Positions 30,422 to 41,003 of a stretch of DNA of 64,000 nt are shown here, piece after piece (the stretch's first letter is position 1; every line of letters begins with the position of its first letter). A model generated the notes under the pieces. That model did not search any database. It saw nothing but the letters and a program-made list of their open reading frames with translations, and was not told the origin of the DNA. Location of the stretch: NCBI GenBank assembly GCA_028821455.1, contig JAPPGE010000049.1, positions 24,309 through 88,308 of the forward strand. Direction: 5' to 3'. The position numbers and the translations under genes are program-made. Source of the stretch: a bacterium (lineage in GTDB: Bacteria; Pseudomonadota; Alphaproteobacteria; SP197).

Positions 30422-31303
30422 TCAGCCGCTGGCGTCACCACCATGGCTGCTCCACCACGCCGTCCACCGGTCGTAGTCCGGTCCGATATCGGCGCCGGTG
30501 ATGGTGCGCAGTGACCACGAGGAGAACCAGCGAACGTCCTGCGAGGAGTCCTGGAGGGCCTCGATCAGCGCAGTGACCGCCGCCGGGTCACCGATGCGGC
30601 CAAGCGACCATGCCGCCTCCCAGCGAACGCGGTCATGTTCGTCCTCGAGGGCCTCGACGAGCGCCGGCACGGCCGCCGGGTCGGTGGTGTCGCCGAGGGC
30701 CGAGGCCACCGAAAAGCGCACTTCATGGCCCGGTTCGTCGAGAGCGGGGAGAACGCTCGCCACTCCCCAGACATCGATCATGACGTTGACCAGCGCCTCG
30801 AGAAAGCCGTCCGGCTTCACCAGCGCTTCACGAAACGGAGCATTCTCCGGCTTCTCGTAGCCGTGATCGATCAGGACCTCGAAGGGACGTTCGACCGTGG
30901 ACGTGAAGAGCCGCATGCTTTCGCTCGCCCCGGGACCTGTGATCGTCACATCGCCCGCAAGGTCGGCGCCGGTGTAGAGATAGGTTCTCTCACGGCCAAT
31001 GTAGAGCCTGCCGAGTGCCCGCCCCTCCAGGGAGACCCGGAGTTCCCAGCTCTCGCCGTCGGCGTCACCGTCGAGGGGCTCGATGTCCGCCGCCAGGAGC
31101 ATGTCCTCGGCATAGTCGATGAGCGGCAGCTCATAGTCCTCCAGAATGTGGGGCTCGGGCAGTGACGCCTTGCGGTACTCGAACACCTGTTCGATGGTGA
31201 TCACGACCACATCGGGGAGCGGCGCCCGGGAGGCGTCGGAGCGGGAAGGCGCCAGCACGAGGCCGGCGACGGCAACCAGGATGAAGAGCGCACGCCTGGA
31301 CAT
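30422..31303 (-). CDS. Exported protein with C-terminal HEAT/PBS-lyase repeats
   Basis: Signal peptide; repeated A..ALxxALxD....VRW.AAWSLG units. Confidence 0.8.
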   Translation of the reverse strand: MSRRALFILVAVAGLVLAPSRSDASRAPLPDVVVITIEQVFEYRKASLPEPHILEDYELPLIDYAEDMLLAADIEPLDGDADGESWELRVSLEGRALGRLYIGRERTYLYTGADLAGDVTITGPGASESMRLFTSTVERPFEVLIDHGYEKPENAPFREALVKPDGFLEALVNVMIDVWGVASVLPALDEPGHEVRFSVASALGDTTDPAAVPALVEALEDEHDRVRWEAAWSLGRIGDPAAVTALIEALQDSSQDVRWFSSWSLRTITGADIGPDYDRWTAWWSSHGGDASG

Positions 31304-31341
31304 GACACGGCCATTCTAGACCGCATCACCGGGTGGAGTCC

Positions 31342-32049
31342 CTACCTAGTCTCTGCTTCCAGCCAATCCTTCAAGGCGGCCGCGCCGCGTTCCCGCGTGG
31401 TGTCATCGAGAGTGCTCTCAAGGCTGGCCAGGTTCGTCGACGCGATGTCGTCACCCGCCCGGGCAGCGAGGCTGAGCCACAGATAGGCGCCGACGGGGTC
31501 GAATGGTTCCACGGTCAGGAGCAGGAATCCGAGAAGCGACATCGCATCCCGTTCCCCGGCCCCGGCCGCCGCTTCAAGAAGTGTCCGGGCACCGTCCGGA
31601 TCCGCCGGACCCCCTTTCGCCTCGAGAAGCAGGCGGGCAAGGCGCACCCTCGCCCGGTCGTGTTCCTGTGCGGCAGCCTCGCCGTACCAGTGCCGTGCCT
31701 CTGCCAGATCAACGGGGAAGGGATTCGGGTCTCCCCATACATGGCCGAATGTCGATCCGGTCTCGTAGCCATAGCCCAGGAGGAACTGCGCCTCGGCGTT
31801 GCCCGCCTCGGCTTCGACGCGATACCACGTCATCGCCTCGACAAAGGTCTCGGGAACTTCCGCAGCAACGGGCAGCCCCGACCACCCGGTCACCAAGGCT
31901 GCAAGCACGACAAGTCGCGTGTGTCGGAGGGTTCCATTCACCAGGCCCAAAACAGTCACTCCCGCCCTGATCAGCTCATCCAGGCAGCACGGCGATGCCA
32001 ACAGTCCTGAAGCCTCATGAACCGGCCGAGCGTTCATATTACTCTCCAA
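31342..32049 (-). CDS. Sel1-like repeat protein (start uncertain)
   Basis: AEAGNAEAQFLLGYGY, EARHWYGEAAAQ, AYLWLSLAA. Confidence 0.8.
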   Translation of the reverse strand: MESNMNARPVHEASGLLASPCCLDELIRAGVTVLGLVNGTLRHTRLVVLAALVTGWSGLPVAAEVPETFVEAMTWYRVEAEAGNAEAQFLLGYGYETGSTFGHVWGDPNPFPVDLAEARHWYGEAAAQEHDRARVRLARLLLEAKGGPADPDGARTLLEAAAGAGERDAMSLLGFLLLTVEPFDPVGAYLWLSLAARAGDDIASTNLASLESTLDDTTRERGAAALKDWLEAETR

Positions 32050-32108
32050 CCACGGGGATTGACCACTGTTTTGACGCCTGCAGATGGGGACACTCTCGCG
32101 GCGGGGCG

Positions 32109-33062
32109 TCAGCCGGAATCGTCACGGCCAGCGAGGGTCTGCAGCAGGTGAAGGGCGGCATCGTCGATTCCCCTGGTACCGTCTGCCACGGCATCGGCAA
32201 GGTCGGTCAACCCGGGGTGGCGAAGAGCCCGTTCACGGGCCAGCACCAGGGCCGTCTCGATGATGTCCTGGCGCAGGCCATGCCGGGTGCGCCGTGGCGA
32301 TTGCCCGCCACGATGACCCTTGTCAACGAGGAGACCGGCAAGCTCGCCAACCCCGTCGCCGCGCGTGGCGACCGTCATGAGGACCGGAGGCACGTGTTCG
32401 CCTCTCCAGGACACTGCCGCCTCCAGTGCGGCCTTCGCGGCAAGTGCGCCTGGCTGATCGGCCTTGTTGACGACAATCAGATCCACGGTCTCCAGAATCC
32501 CGGCCTTTGCCGCCTGGATGTCGTCGCCGGACCCGGACGGCCACACCAGGATGCTCCAGTCCGCCAGGCGGGTGATGCCGGTCTCGGACTGGCCCGAGCC
32601 GACCGTCTCGACGATGATGATGTCGCAGCCGGCAGCATCCATCACGTCGATGACGCGTGACGTCGTCGCCGCGAGACCGTCCGGTCGGCCCCTGGAGGCG
32701 TGGCTGCGGATGAAGACCCCGCGGTCGGCAGAGTGGCCGGACATGCGGATGCGGTCTCCGAGAAGGGCGCCCCCGGTCACGGAACTCGACGGATCGACGG
32801 CGAGGACCGCGACCAGCCTCGAGCTGCGGCGGAACTCCCGCACCAGGGCGTCCGTCAGCGTTGACTTCCCGGCGCCGGGAGGGCCGGTCAGTCCCAGGAC
32901 GAACGCATTGCCGGCTTGCGCGCGCGCGGTCTCGATGATCGCGGAAGCGTCCGGATAGTCGTTTTCCACGGCGGTAATGGCACGGGCGACGGATGCGCGC
33001 TCGCCCCGCCTCATGGCGCCAACCCAGGAAGGAGTGTCCGGCACGCAAGCAGGATCTGTCAT
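32109..33062 (-). CDS. meaB: MeaB/ArgK family G3E GTPase (B12-mutase chaperone-like)
   Basis: GPPGAGKST, AVDPSS..GGALLGDRIRM, ETVG.GQSE, NKAD. Confidence 0.88.
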   Translation of the reverse strand: MTDPACVPDTPSWVGAMRRGERASVARAITAVENDYPDASAIIETARAQAGNAFVLGLTGPPGAGKSTLTDALVREFRRSSRLVAVLAVDPSSSVTGGALLGDRIRMSGHSADRGVFIRSHASRGRPDGLAATTSRVIDVMDAAGCDIIIVETVGSGQSETGITRLADWSILVWPSGSGDDIQAAKAGILETVDLIVVNKADQPGALAAKAALEAAVSWRGEHVPPVLMTVATRGDGVGELAGLLVDKGHRGGQSPRRTRHGLRQDIIETALVLARERALRHPGLTDLADAVADGTRGIDDAALHLLQTLAGRDDSG

Positions 33063-33117
33063 GGCAGGGGAGAATACTCCTGCCGGCGGGACCGGCAACC
33101 GGCCGCCCGTGGAGAAT

Positions 33118-33537
33118 TCAGGGATTCCCGTCCCCGAGGGACATCAGGTAGGCGATCACGTCGGCGCGCTCGTCCTCGTCCTTCAGCTTGAAGACCATCT
33201 TGTTGCGCACCCTGGTGGCGTCCAGCGTTTCCTTGAGGAAGGCCTTGGGATCCGCGATGTAGGCGTCCACCAGTTCCGGCGTCCACACGAGACCCGCCTC
33301 GCCGGCCTCGATCATGCTGGTGGAGAACCTGTAGTCCACCGTTCCCGCCTGGCGCCCGAAGAGACCGAGCAGGTTCGGACCGGTCGGCTTCGTCCTTCCG
33401 GCCTCGACCGAGTGGCAGGCCTTGCATTTCCGGAACACCTTCTCGCCGCGCACGGGATCTCCCGGCGTGAAGGCCACGCTGAAGGTGGTGAACAGGATCA
33501 CCGCCAGCAACCCGGAAAGGAACGCGGCACGCATCAT
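33118..33537 (-). CDS. Class I cytochrome c (c2-like)
   Basis: Signal peptide, CKACH haem motif, GPNL, KM axial Met. Confidence 0.92.
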   Translation of the reverse strand: MMRAAFLSGLLAVILFTTFSVAFTPGDPVRGEKVFRKCKACHSVEAGRTKPTGPNLLGLFGRQAGTVDYRFSTSMIEAGEAGLVWTPELVDAYIADPKAFLKETLDATRVRNKMVFKLKDEDERADVIAYLMSLGDGNP

Positions 33538-33773
33538 GTCTTTCTCTCTTCAGGATACACCGATCGCCGGTACGGGTTCTCGCCTTCCACCATGATGGGA
33601 GCGATCCCCCGACACGCCTACCTTGTCCGTCAGGGATGTCGATGTCGACTCCGCGGCTCTTGTCTTTCAGGGCCGGGTGCCGGGTTGCCATGACAATTCC
33701 CTTCATTGACAAACCATTGAGCGTGGTTCAATTCCGCGTGTGGTGTCGTGTCCCTCAAGCCAACGGTGATCGG

Positions 33774-34466
33774 ATGGTCTCTGCCAAACGCTCTCGACAA
33801 CGCAAGCAGTCCGGCGGGGAGGAGGCGCAGTCGGCTCTCAACCTCGTCGAGTTCGCGGCTGATCGCCTTGGCAGCCATGAACCGTCGTCCGACCTCAAGG
33901 TCGCGATCGGCCAGGAATTGCGATACTGGCGCAACCATCGCGGCCTGACCGGCGTGAAGCTCGCCGATCTCTCGGGCGTGTCGGCGGGCATGCTGACCAA
34001 GATCGAGAAGGGAGACGTGGCGCCCTCGATCCAGACGCTCGTGCGCATTGCCGACGCGCTCGAGGTCCCCACCTCGATGTTCTTCCATCGCCTGAACAGG
34101 CGCCCGTCGGTTAACTTCGTTCCCGCGGGCAAGGGACTGGTGACCGACCGCAGCGGGAACCGCGGCAACCAGGTCTACGAGCTGCTCGCCCACAACCTGC
34201 ACCACACCATGGGTATCGAGCCCTTCCTGGTCACGATGGACGCCAGTGCCGAACCCTACCCGGTGCTGCAGGAGGAAGGTTTCAAGTTCCTCCACATGCA
34301 GCAGGGCGAGGTGATCTATCGCCACGGGCACCGGACCTTCCACCTGCGGCCCGGCGATTCGCTGACCTTCGATGCGATGGCGCCACACGGGGCGGAGAAA
34401 CTGCTGACGGAGAGCGCCACCTGGCTCTCCGTCGGTTTCTATCCTCACATTCACAATGCACGATAG
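33774..34466 (+). CDS. XRE-family HTH plus cupin transcriptional regulator
   Basis: HTH LADLSGVSAGMLTKIEKG..PSIQTL; cupin PGDSLTFDAMAPH. Confidence 0.88.
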   Translation: MVSAKRSRQRKQSGGEEAQSALNLVEFAADRLGSHEPSSDLKVAIGQELRYWRNHRGLTGVKLADLSGVSAGMLTKIEKGDVAPSIQTLVRIADALEVPTSMFFHRLNRRPSVNFVPAGKGLVTDRSGNRGNQVYELLAHNLHHTMGIEPFLVTMDASAEPYPVLQEEGFKFLHMQQGEVIYRHGHRTFHLRPGDSLTFDAMAPHGAEKLLTESATWLSVGFYPHIHNAR

Positions 34467-34671
34467 GACGGTCCCGGAGGACCAGACGCCTGCGCGCAAG
34501 GCTGAGGAACCAGGTGACCTCGCTCAGCCGTGACGCCTAGCGAGAGAAGAAGGTTGCATCGTGCCCGCGGTCCGCACACACGACCACACAAAGACCTTGA
34601 CTGTCATGCAATGCAATTGATCAGATAGAAATGTTGGTCTCTCCCCTTCCCGGAAGGTCACGGCACCGCGC

Positions 34672-36750
34672 ATGACCCGCGATCCACGCCACGACATTCT
34701 CTTCGAGCCGGTGCGCATCGGACCGGTCACGGCTCCGAATCGCTTCTATCAGACCCCCCAGTGCAGCGGCATGGGGCGGAACTATCCCTCTTCGTGGGCC
34801 GTGATGCGCGGCATCAAGGCCGAGGGTGGCTGGGGGGTGGTCTTCGCCGAGCAGTGCGACTTTCATCACAGCACCGACAACCCGCGCAACGTGCGCCTGT
34901 GGGATGCGCAGGACCTCGGCATCGTCACCCGCATGGTCGAGGAGGTGCACGCCCAGGGCAGTCTCGCGGGCCTCATGCTGGCGCACAACGGTTTCGTCAC
35001 GCCCAACCTGATCAGCCGTGAAACGCCCCTGGCGCCCTCGATGATGCCGTTGTTCGGCACCGCTCCCGGTCATGCCCGTCCACTCGACAAGGCCGACATC
35101 CGCACCCTGCGCCAGGCGCACCGAAGCGCCGCGCTGCTCGCCTGCGAGGCAGGCTTCGACATCGTCAACGTCTATGCCGGCCATGACCTGGCGCTGCCCA
35201 TGCACTTCATCGCAAAGCGCTACAATCAACGCCGTGACGAATACGGCGGAAGTCTCGCGAACCGGGCGCGCCTGCTCAGGGAACTGATCGAGGACACGAA
35301 GGAGGCGATCGGCCACCGCTGCGCCGTCGGCGTGCGCTTCGCCGTCGACGAGTTGATGGGCGAGGCCGGAATCACCTGCGAGGGCGAGGGCCGCGAGGTC
35401 GTCGAGATGCTGGCGGAGCTGCCCGATATCTGGGATGTCAACGTGTCGCCGTGGGCCAACGACTCGATCACGTCGCGCTTCGGCGAGGAGGGTTCCCAGG
35501 AACGGTATGTCGCCTTCGTCAAGCAGGTGACGACAAAGCCGGTCGTCGGTGTCGGACGGTTCACCAGTCCGGACACCATGGTTTCGCAGATCAGGCGCGG
35601 CATCCTCGACATGATCGGCGCGGCACGTCCGACGATCGCCGACCCCTTCCTGCCGCGGAAGATCGAGGAAGGGCGGCCGGAGGACATCCGCGAGTGCATC
35701 GGCTGCAATGTCTGCACCACCAACAACTTCATGATGGTGCCGATCCGCTGCACCCAGAATCCGACGATGGGCGAGGAGTGGCGCCGCGGCTGGCACCCGG
35801 AGCGCATTCCCCCGAAGTCGACGGCCGACAGCGTTCTGATCATCGGCGCCGGTCCGGCAGGCCTGGAAGCGGCTCGTGCCCTGGGCCAGCGGGGTTACGA
35901 CGTCATGCTGGCCGAGGCGAGGCGCGAGCCGGGCGGCCGGGTGAGCCGCGAATCGCGCCTGCCAGGACTTGCCGCCTGGGCGCGCGTGCGCGACTGGCGC
36001 CTGGGTCAGATCGCCAGGATGGCCAATGTCGAGATGTTCCTCGAGAGTCCCATGGCGGCCGCCGACGTGCTGGAGACCGGCGCAACGCTCGTCGGCGTCG
36101 CGACCGGCGCGTCCTGGCGGCGCGACGGAGTCGGCCGCCACCACCGCAGTCCGGTGGCAGGCAGTGAACGTCCACACGTCATGACGCCGGACGATCTCAT
36201 GGACGGGAGAGAGACCACAGGCCACGTGGTGATCTGGGACGACGATCACAATTACATGGCAAGCGTGCTCGCCGAACTGCTCGTCAATTCGGGCTGCACC
36301 GTGACCATCGTCACACCCCAGGCCTCGGTCTCGGCCTACACGCAGTACACCCTGGAGTTCGATCACATTCACCGCCGCCTGGCCAGGCTCGGCGTCGCCA
36401 TCGTCGGCCACCATGCCGTGACGCGAATCGCCGACGGTGGCGTGGATCTTGCGAACGTGCACGGCGGATCCGATTCCACACTCGACTGCGACGGCGTGGT
36501 GATGGTGACGGGCCAGGAGCCGAACGACGCCCTTTGCCGGGAACTCGCGGCCCTGGCGGACGGGCCGCGTTCGGTCGCCATTGGCGACAGTCTCGCACCG
36601 TCTTTCATTGCGGCTGCGGTCTATGCGGGTCATCGCTTCGCCCGCGACCTCAGATTCGATTTGAGCGCCACCACGCCCTTCCTGCGCGAGGACGTCGCGA
36701 TGGCGCCGCGACCACAGCCAGAGCGCGTCGCCATCCAGGGCAGCGGCTGA
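34672..36750 (+). CDS. Trimethylamine/dimethylamine/histamine dehydrogenase-family FMN-[4Fe-4S] oxidoreductase
   Basis: RDPRHDILFEP..NRFYQTPQC (flavinylation Cys), KAEGGW, VYAGH, CIGCNVC..C, GEEWRRGWHPE, GAGPAG. Confidence 0.88.
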   Translation: MTRDPRHDILFEPVRIGPVTAPNRFYQTPQCSGMGRNYPSSWAVMRGIKAEGGWGVVFAEQCDFHHSTDNPRNVRLWDAQDLGIVTRMVEEVHAQGSLAGLMLAHNGFVTPNLISRETPLAPSMMPLFGTAPGHARPLDKADIRTLRQAHRSAALLACEAGFDIVNVYAGHDLALPMHFIAKRYNQRRDEYGGSLANRARLLRELIEDTKEAIGHRCAVGVRFAVDELMGEAGITCEGEGREVVEMLAELPDIWDVNVSPWANDSITSRFGEEGSQERYVAFVKQVTTKPVVGVGRFTSPDTMVSQIRRGILDMIGAARPTIADPFLPRKIEEGRPEDIRECIGCNVCTTNNFMMVPIRCTQNPTMGEEWRRGWHPERIPPKSTADSVLIIGAGPAGLEAARALGQRGYDVMLAEARREPGGRVSRESRLPGLAAWARVRDWRLGQIARMANVEMFLESPMAAADVLETGATLVGVATGASWRRDGVGRHHRSPVAGSERPHVMTPDDLMDGRETTGHVVIWDDDHNYMASVLAELLVNSGCTVTIVTPQASVSAYTQYTLEFDHIHRRLARLGVAIVGHHAVTRIADGGVDLANVHGGSDSTLDCDGVVMVTGQEPNDALCRELAALADGPRSVAIGDSLAPSFIAAAVYAGHRFARDLRFDLSATTPFLREDVAMAPRPQPERVAIQGSG

Positions 36751-36753
36751 CAC

Positions 36754-37896
36754 ATGACCGGGTCCGCCAGACCCGAACTCCCGCTCGCCGGCCACAAGGT
36801 CGTCGAGATCGGCTCGTCGGTCGCCGCGCCCTACGCGACGTGGATCCTTGGCATGCTGGGCGCCGACGTGATCAAGGTGGAGAACGCCGAAGGAGGCGAC
36901 GACGCCCGGCGCTGGGGCCGCATTTTGCCCGATGGACGGTCGTCCTTCTTTCTTGCGCTCAATGGCAACAAGCGCTCGGTACGGGTCAACCTCAAGGACG
37001 AGGCCGATCGCGCCTGGCTCGCCCGGTCGTGCGCCGGGGCCGACGTCGTCATACAGAACATGCGGCCCAACAAGATCGCGCGCTATGGCCTTGACGGGCC
37101 CTCACTGGTCGCGGCCAACACGCGCCTGGTCTACTGCAACCTCGGTGCCTTTGGCGCCACGGGACCCATGAAGGACCGGCCCGGCTACGATCCCCTGATG
37201 CAGGCCGCCGGTGGCATCATGAGCGTCACCGGCGAGCCTGACCGGCCGCCCGTGCGCGTCGGCGTGTCGATCGTCGACATGGGAACGGGCATGTGGTGCG
37301 GCATCGGCATCCTTGCTGCGCTCTACGCGCGCGAGCACACCGGGCGAGGCTGCATCGTCGATGCCTCGCTCTACGAGACCGCGCTCGGCTGGGTCGCGAA
37401 CCAGGCCGCCATGGTGCAGGTCGACGGTGTCAACCCGGAAAAGGTCGGTTCGGGGGCGCGTGGCCTGGCGCCCTACCAGGCCTATCGCTGCCGTGACGGC
37501 TGGCTGGTCGTGAGCGCGCCCAACGACCGTCTCTTCGAACGGCTGGCCGGGGCGCTCGGTCATCCCGAGTGGCCGGGGGACGAACGCTTCTCAGGCAACC
37601 AGAAGCGCTACGCCAACCTCGGCGACCTCAACGCGCTCATCGAGCCGATCCTCGCAGCCCGGACCCGCGATCACTGGATCGGCGTGCTCGATGACGCCGG
37701 CGTGCCCTGCGCGCCGGTGCGGGAGATCACCGAGATGCTGGCCGATCCACAGACCGAGGCTCTCGGCATTGTCCAGCGTCTGGGCGCGGAAATTCCGCTG
37801 ATCGGCCTGCCGCTCAGTTTCGACGGTGTCCGGCCGCCGCTGCGCAGCCTGCCGCCGGATCTCGGCGAGCACGACGCACTGAAGGAGGCGGAATGA
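36754..37896 (+). CDS. Class III CoA-transferase (CaiB/BaiF)
   Basis: LGADVIKVE..GD..R, NGNKRS, GYDPLMQA, PPDLGEH. Confidence 0.92.
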   Translation: MTGSARPELPLAGHKVVEIGSSVAAPYATWILGMLGADVIKVENAEGGDDARRWGRILPDGRSSFFLALNGNKRSVRVNLKDEADRAWLARSCAGADVVIQNMRPNKIARYGLDGPSLVAANTRLVYCNLGAFGATGPMKDRPGYDPLMQAAGGIMSVTGEPDRPPVRVGVSIVDMGTGMWCGIGILAALYAREHTGRGCIVDASLYETALGWVANQAAMVQVDGVNPEKVGSGARGLAPYQAYRCRDGWLVVSAPNDRLFERLAGALGHPEWPGDERFSGNQKRYANLGDLNALIEPILAARTRDHWIGVLDDAGVPCAPVREITEMLADPQTEALGIVQRLGAEIPLIGLPLSFDGVRPPLRSLPPDLGEHDALKEAE

Positions 37897-38687
37897 GGAG
37901 CGACTTCGAGACACTGAAGCTCGAGCGCGTGGGCGATCACGTGCTGCTGGTCACGCTCAACCGTCCGGAGGTGCTGAACGCGACCAACACGACGATGGGC
38001 CGCGAACGCCTGGAACTCTTCGGCGGCCTCTACGTCGACCAGGAGGACGTGCGCTGCATCGTGCTGACCGGCGCCGGCCAGAGGGCGTTCAGCGCCGGCG
38101 GCGATCTCAAGGAGCGCAAGGGCATGTCGGATGCCGACTGGCGCCGCCAGCACGCGATCTTCGAGCAGGGCGCCATGGCGCTCAAGCAGTGTCCCGTGCC
38201 GGTGATCGCGGCGGTCAACGGCGTGGCTTACGGCGGCGGCTGCGAAACCGTGCTCTCCTGCGACTTCGCCTATGCCTCGTCGACCGCGACATTTGCGCTG
38301 ACCGAGGTGAGGATCGGCATCCTGCCGGGCACCATGGGCACCCAGCAGCTGCCGCGCGCCGTGGGCGAGAGACGGGCCAGGGAGATCCTGATGACCGGCA
38401 TGCCGTTCACGGCCGAAGAGGCCTTCGCGTGGGGAATGGTCAACCGCGTGTGCGAGCCCGACCGCCTGCTGGAGGAGGCACTCGAGACCGCGAGCGTGAT
38501 CGCCGGAAACGCGCCGCTCGCCGTGCAGCGCATCAAGCGCGCCGCCGGCGTCGCGGGCGATCTTGATCTCGCCTCCGGTTTCCAGTTCGAGCTGGAGGCC
38601 TACAACCGGCTGGTCGTCACCGAGGACCGCCAGGAGGGCGTCAACGCCTTCAACGAGAAACGCAAACCGCAGTTCAGGGGCAGGTGA
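37893..38687 (+). CDS. Enoyl-CoA hydratase/isomerase
   Basis: AFSAGGDLKER, AYGGGCE, EGVNAFNEKRKP. Confidence 0.9.
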   Translation: MRSDFETLKLERVGDHVLLVTLNRPEVLNATNTTMGRERLELFGGLYVDQEDVRCIVLTGAGQRAFSAGGDLKERKGMSDADWRRQHAIFEQGAMALKQCPVPVIAAVNGVAYGGGCETVLSCDFAYASSTATFALTEVRIGILPGTMGTQQLPRAVGERRAREILMTGMPFTAEEAFAWGMVNRVCEPDRLLEEALETASVIAGNAPLAVQRIKRAAGVAGDLDLASGFQFELEAYNRLVVTEDRQEGVNAFNEKRKPQFRGR

Positions 38688-38688
38688 G

Positions 38689-39633
38689 ATGAGCGAGATT
38701 GATGTCGTCGTCCAGGAAGTCGGGCCGCGGGACGGGCTGCAGAATGTCGAGCGGACCATGCCAACGGATGCAAAGATGGAGTGGATCGGCGCTGTCTGCG
38801 AGGCGGGCGTGCCGCAAGTCCAGGTCGGAAGCTTCGTGCCGCCAAGGCTGATCCCGCAGCTTGCGGACACGGGGGAGATCGTGCGGCGCACCCGTGAAGG
38901 CTGGCCTGACGTTGCCCTCTCCGTGCTGATTCCGAACCTCAAGGGCGCCGAACTCGCCTTGCCGACCGGGCCCGACCAGGTGGCTTTCGTGCTCTCTGCC
39001 TCGGCCGCCCACAACGAGCGCAATGTGCGCCGCCCGGTCGACGAGTCCCTTGCCGACTTCGCCCGCATCGTGGCGCTGCGCAACGAGCTCGATCCCGGGC
39101 GCCGCGTGAAGGTATCGGGCGGCATCGCGACGGCGTTCGGCTGCACCATGCAGGGCGCGGTGCCGGAGGCGGAGGTTCTGCGGCTGGCCGAGACTCTGGC
39201 CGAGGCCGGCGCCGACCGCATCGGCATCGCCGACACCGTGGGCTACGCCAACCCCGGACAGGTGCGGCGCGTGTTCACGGATGTGCGGGCAGCCATCGGA
39301 CCCGACATCGCGCTGGGCGCGCACTTCCACGACACCCGCGGACTCGGACTCGCCAACGTGCTGGCCGCGCTGGAGGCGGGCGTGCGCCAGTTCGACGGCG
39401 GCATGGGTGGTCTCGGCGGCTGCCCCTATGCGCCAGGCGCCACCGGCAACATCGTCACGGAGGACCTCGTCTTCATGCTCGAATCCATGGGTCTCAGAAC
39501 AGGCATCGACCTCGAGAGACTGGTCGCTGCGCGGCGCATCATGGAAGCGCACCTGCCGGGCGAGCCGACCCATGGCACCTTTGTCAAGGCCGGCGCGCCC
39601 AAGGGCTTCGTTCCGGCGAGCCGGGCGGCCTGA
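38689..39633 (+). CDS. HMG-CoA lyase family protein
   Basis: EVGPRDGLQ, ADTVG, HFHDTRG, GGCPYAPGATGN..TED. Confidence 0.92.
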   Translation: MSEIDVVVQEVGPRDGLQNVERTMPTDAKMEWIGAVCEAGVPQVQVGSFVPPRLIPQLADTGEIVRRTREGWPDVALSVLIPNLKGAELALPTGPDQVAFVLSASAAHNERNVRRPVDESLADFARIVALRNELDPGRRVKVSGGIATAFGCTMQGAVPEAEVLRLAETLAEAGADRIGIADTVGYANPGQVRRVFTDVRAAIGPDIALGAHFHDTRGLGLANVLAALEAGVRQFDGGMGGLGGCPYAPGATGNIVTEDLVFMLESMGLRTGIDLERLVAARRIMEAHLPGEPTHGTFVKAGAPKGFVPASRAA

Positions 39634-39635
39634 CC

Positions 39636-40820
39636 GTGGCGGAGATGCCGGTGATGGAGCTCGGCGAGGACTATCCCGAGCTGCGCGAACAGGTGACGCG
39701 ACTGTGTGCCCGCTTTCCCGGGGAGTACTGGCGCGATCTCGAAAGGCAGCCGGTCGAAGAGTCCTATCCCACGGCCTTCATCGAGGCCATGACCGAGGCG
39801 GGCTATCTTGCCGCGCTGATTCCCGAAGACTACGGCGGGTCGGGCCTGCCGCTGCGCGCCGGCGCCGTGATCCTCGAGACGGTCAACCGCTGTGGCGGCA
39901 GCGCCGCGGCCGGCCATGCCCAGATGTACACGATGGGGACGGTGCTGCGGCACGGCAGCGACGCCCAGAAGCAAAAATACCTGCCGGGGATTGCCTCAGG
40001 CGACTTGCGGCTGCAGGCCTTCGGCGTCACCGAGCCGACGTCGGGTTCGGATACGACGCAGATCACCACGCGGGCCGAGCGCACCAGCGAAGGCTACGTC
40101 ATCAACGGACAGAAGGTCTGGACCAGCCGTGCCCTGCACTCCGACCTGATGCTGCTCCTTGCCCGCACGACGCCGCTCGCCGAGGTCGAGAAGCGCCACC
40201 ACGGCATCTCGACGTTCCTGATCGATCTCCAGGATGCGAGACAGGGCGGCTGCACGATCCGTCCCATCGACGCCATGATCAATCACCACACCACCGAGGT
40301 GTTCTTCGACAACGTCGTGGTGCCCCACGATGCGCTGATCGGCGAGGAAGGCCGGGGGTTCCGCTACATCCTCGACGGCATGAACGCCGAACGTTGCCTG
40401 ACGGCTGCCGAGGCGATCGGCAACGGCCGCTATTTCGTCGACAAGGCCGTGGCCTATGCCAGCGAGCGCGTCGTGTTCAACCGGCCTATCGGCCAGAACC
40501 AGGGCATACAGTTCCCGATCGCCGAGGCCCACACGCATCTCGAGGCGGCCGAACTGATGGTGCGCCGGGCGACAGCGCTCTTCGACGCCGGCGAGCCCTG
40601 CGGCGCCGAGGCCAACATGGCGCGCTATCTCTCGTCGCAGGCCGCCTGGGACTGCGCCGAGGCCTGCTTCACGGCCCATGGCGGCTTCGCCTTCGCCCGC
40701 GAGTACGACATCGAGCGCAAGTGGCGCGAGGCGCGCCTGTCGCGCACCGCGCCCATCTCTCCCAACCTGATGCTGAGCTTCATTGCCCACCATGTTCTCG
40801 GCCTCCCCAAGTCCTACTGA
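39636..40820 (+). CDS. Acyl-CoA dehydrogenase
   Basis: AFGVTEPTSGSDT, NGQKVWTS, HGGFAF, LGLPKSY. Confidence 0.92.
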   Translation: MAEMPVMELGEDYPELREQVTRLCARFPGEYWRDLERQPVEESYPTAFIEAMTEAGYLAALIPEDYGGSGLPLRAGAVILETVNRCGGSAAAGHAQMYTMGTVLRHGSDAQKQKYLPGIASGDLRLQAFGVTEPTSGSDTTQITTRAERTSEGYVINGQKVWTSRALHSDLMLLLARTTPLAEVEKRHHGISTFLIDLQDARQGGCTIRPIDAMINHHTTEVFFDNVVVPHDALIGEEGRGFRYILDGMNAERCLTAAEAIGNGRYFVDKAVAYASERVVFNRPIGQNQGIQFPIAEAHTHLEAAELMVRRATALFDAGEPCGAEANMARYLSSQAAWDCAEACFTAHGGFAFAREYDIERKWREARLSRTAPISPNLMLSFIAHHVLGLPKSY

Positions 40821-41003
40821 TGGGCCTAACGGCGCGCTCACCGGTCTCGAACCGCCGGCACCAGGCGCGGACGGCATGCGTTGAGTTCAACGCCGTCGTC
40901 ACGGGTGCGTGTGGTACGCTCCCGGGCGCGGGGCCCGGGTTTGGGCACACTGAACGAGCCCGTGGTTGGGGATTGAAGCCTGGTCGGTCACCTGGGGAAG
41001 GCC

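Noticed and set aside
34621-36795. 724-aa minus-strand ORF
   Set aside because: Antisense to the clearly recognisable TMADH-family gene.
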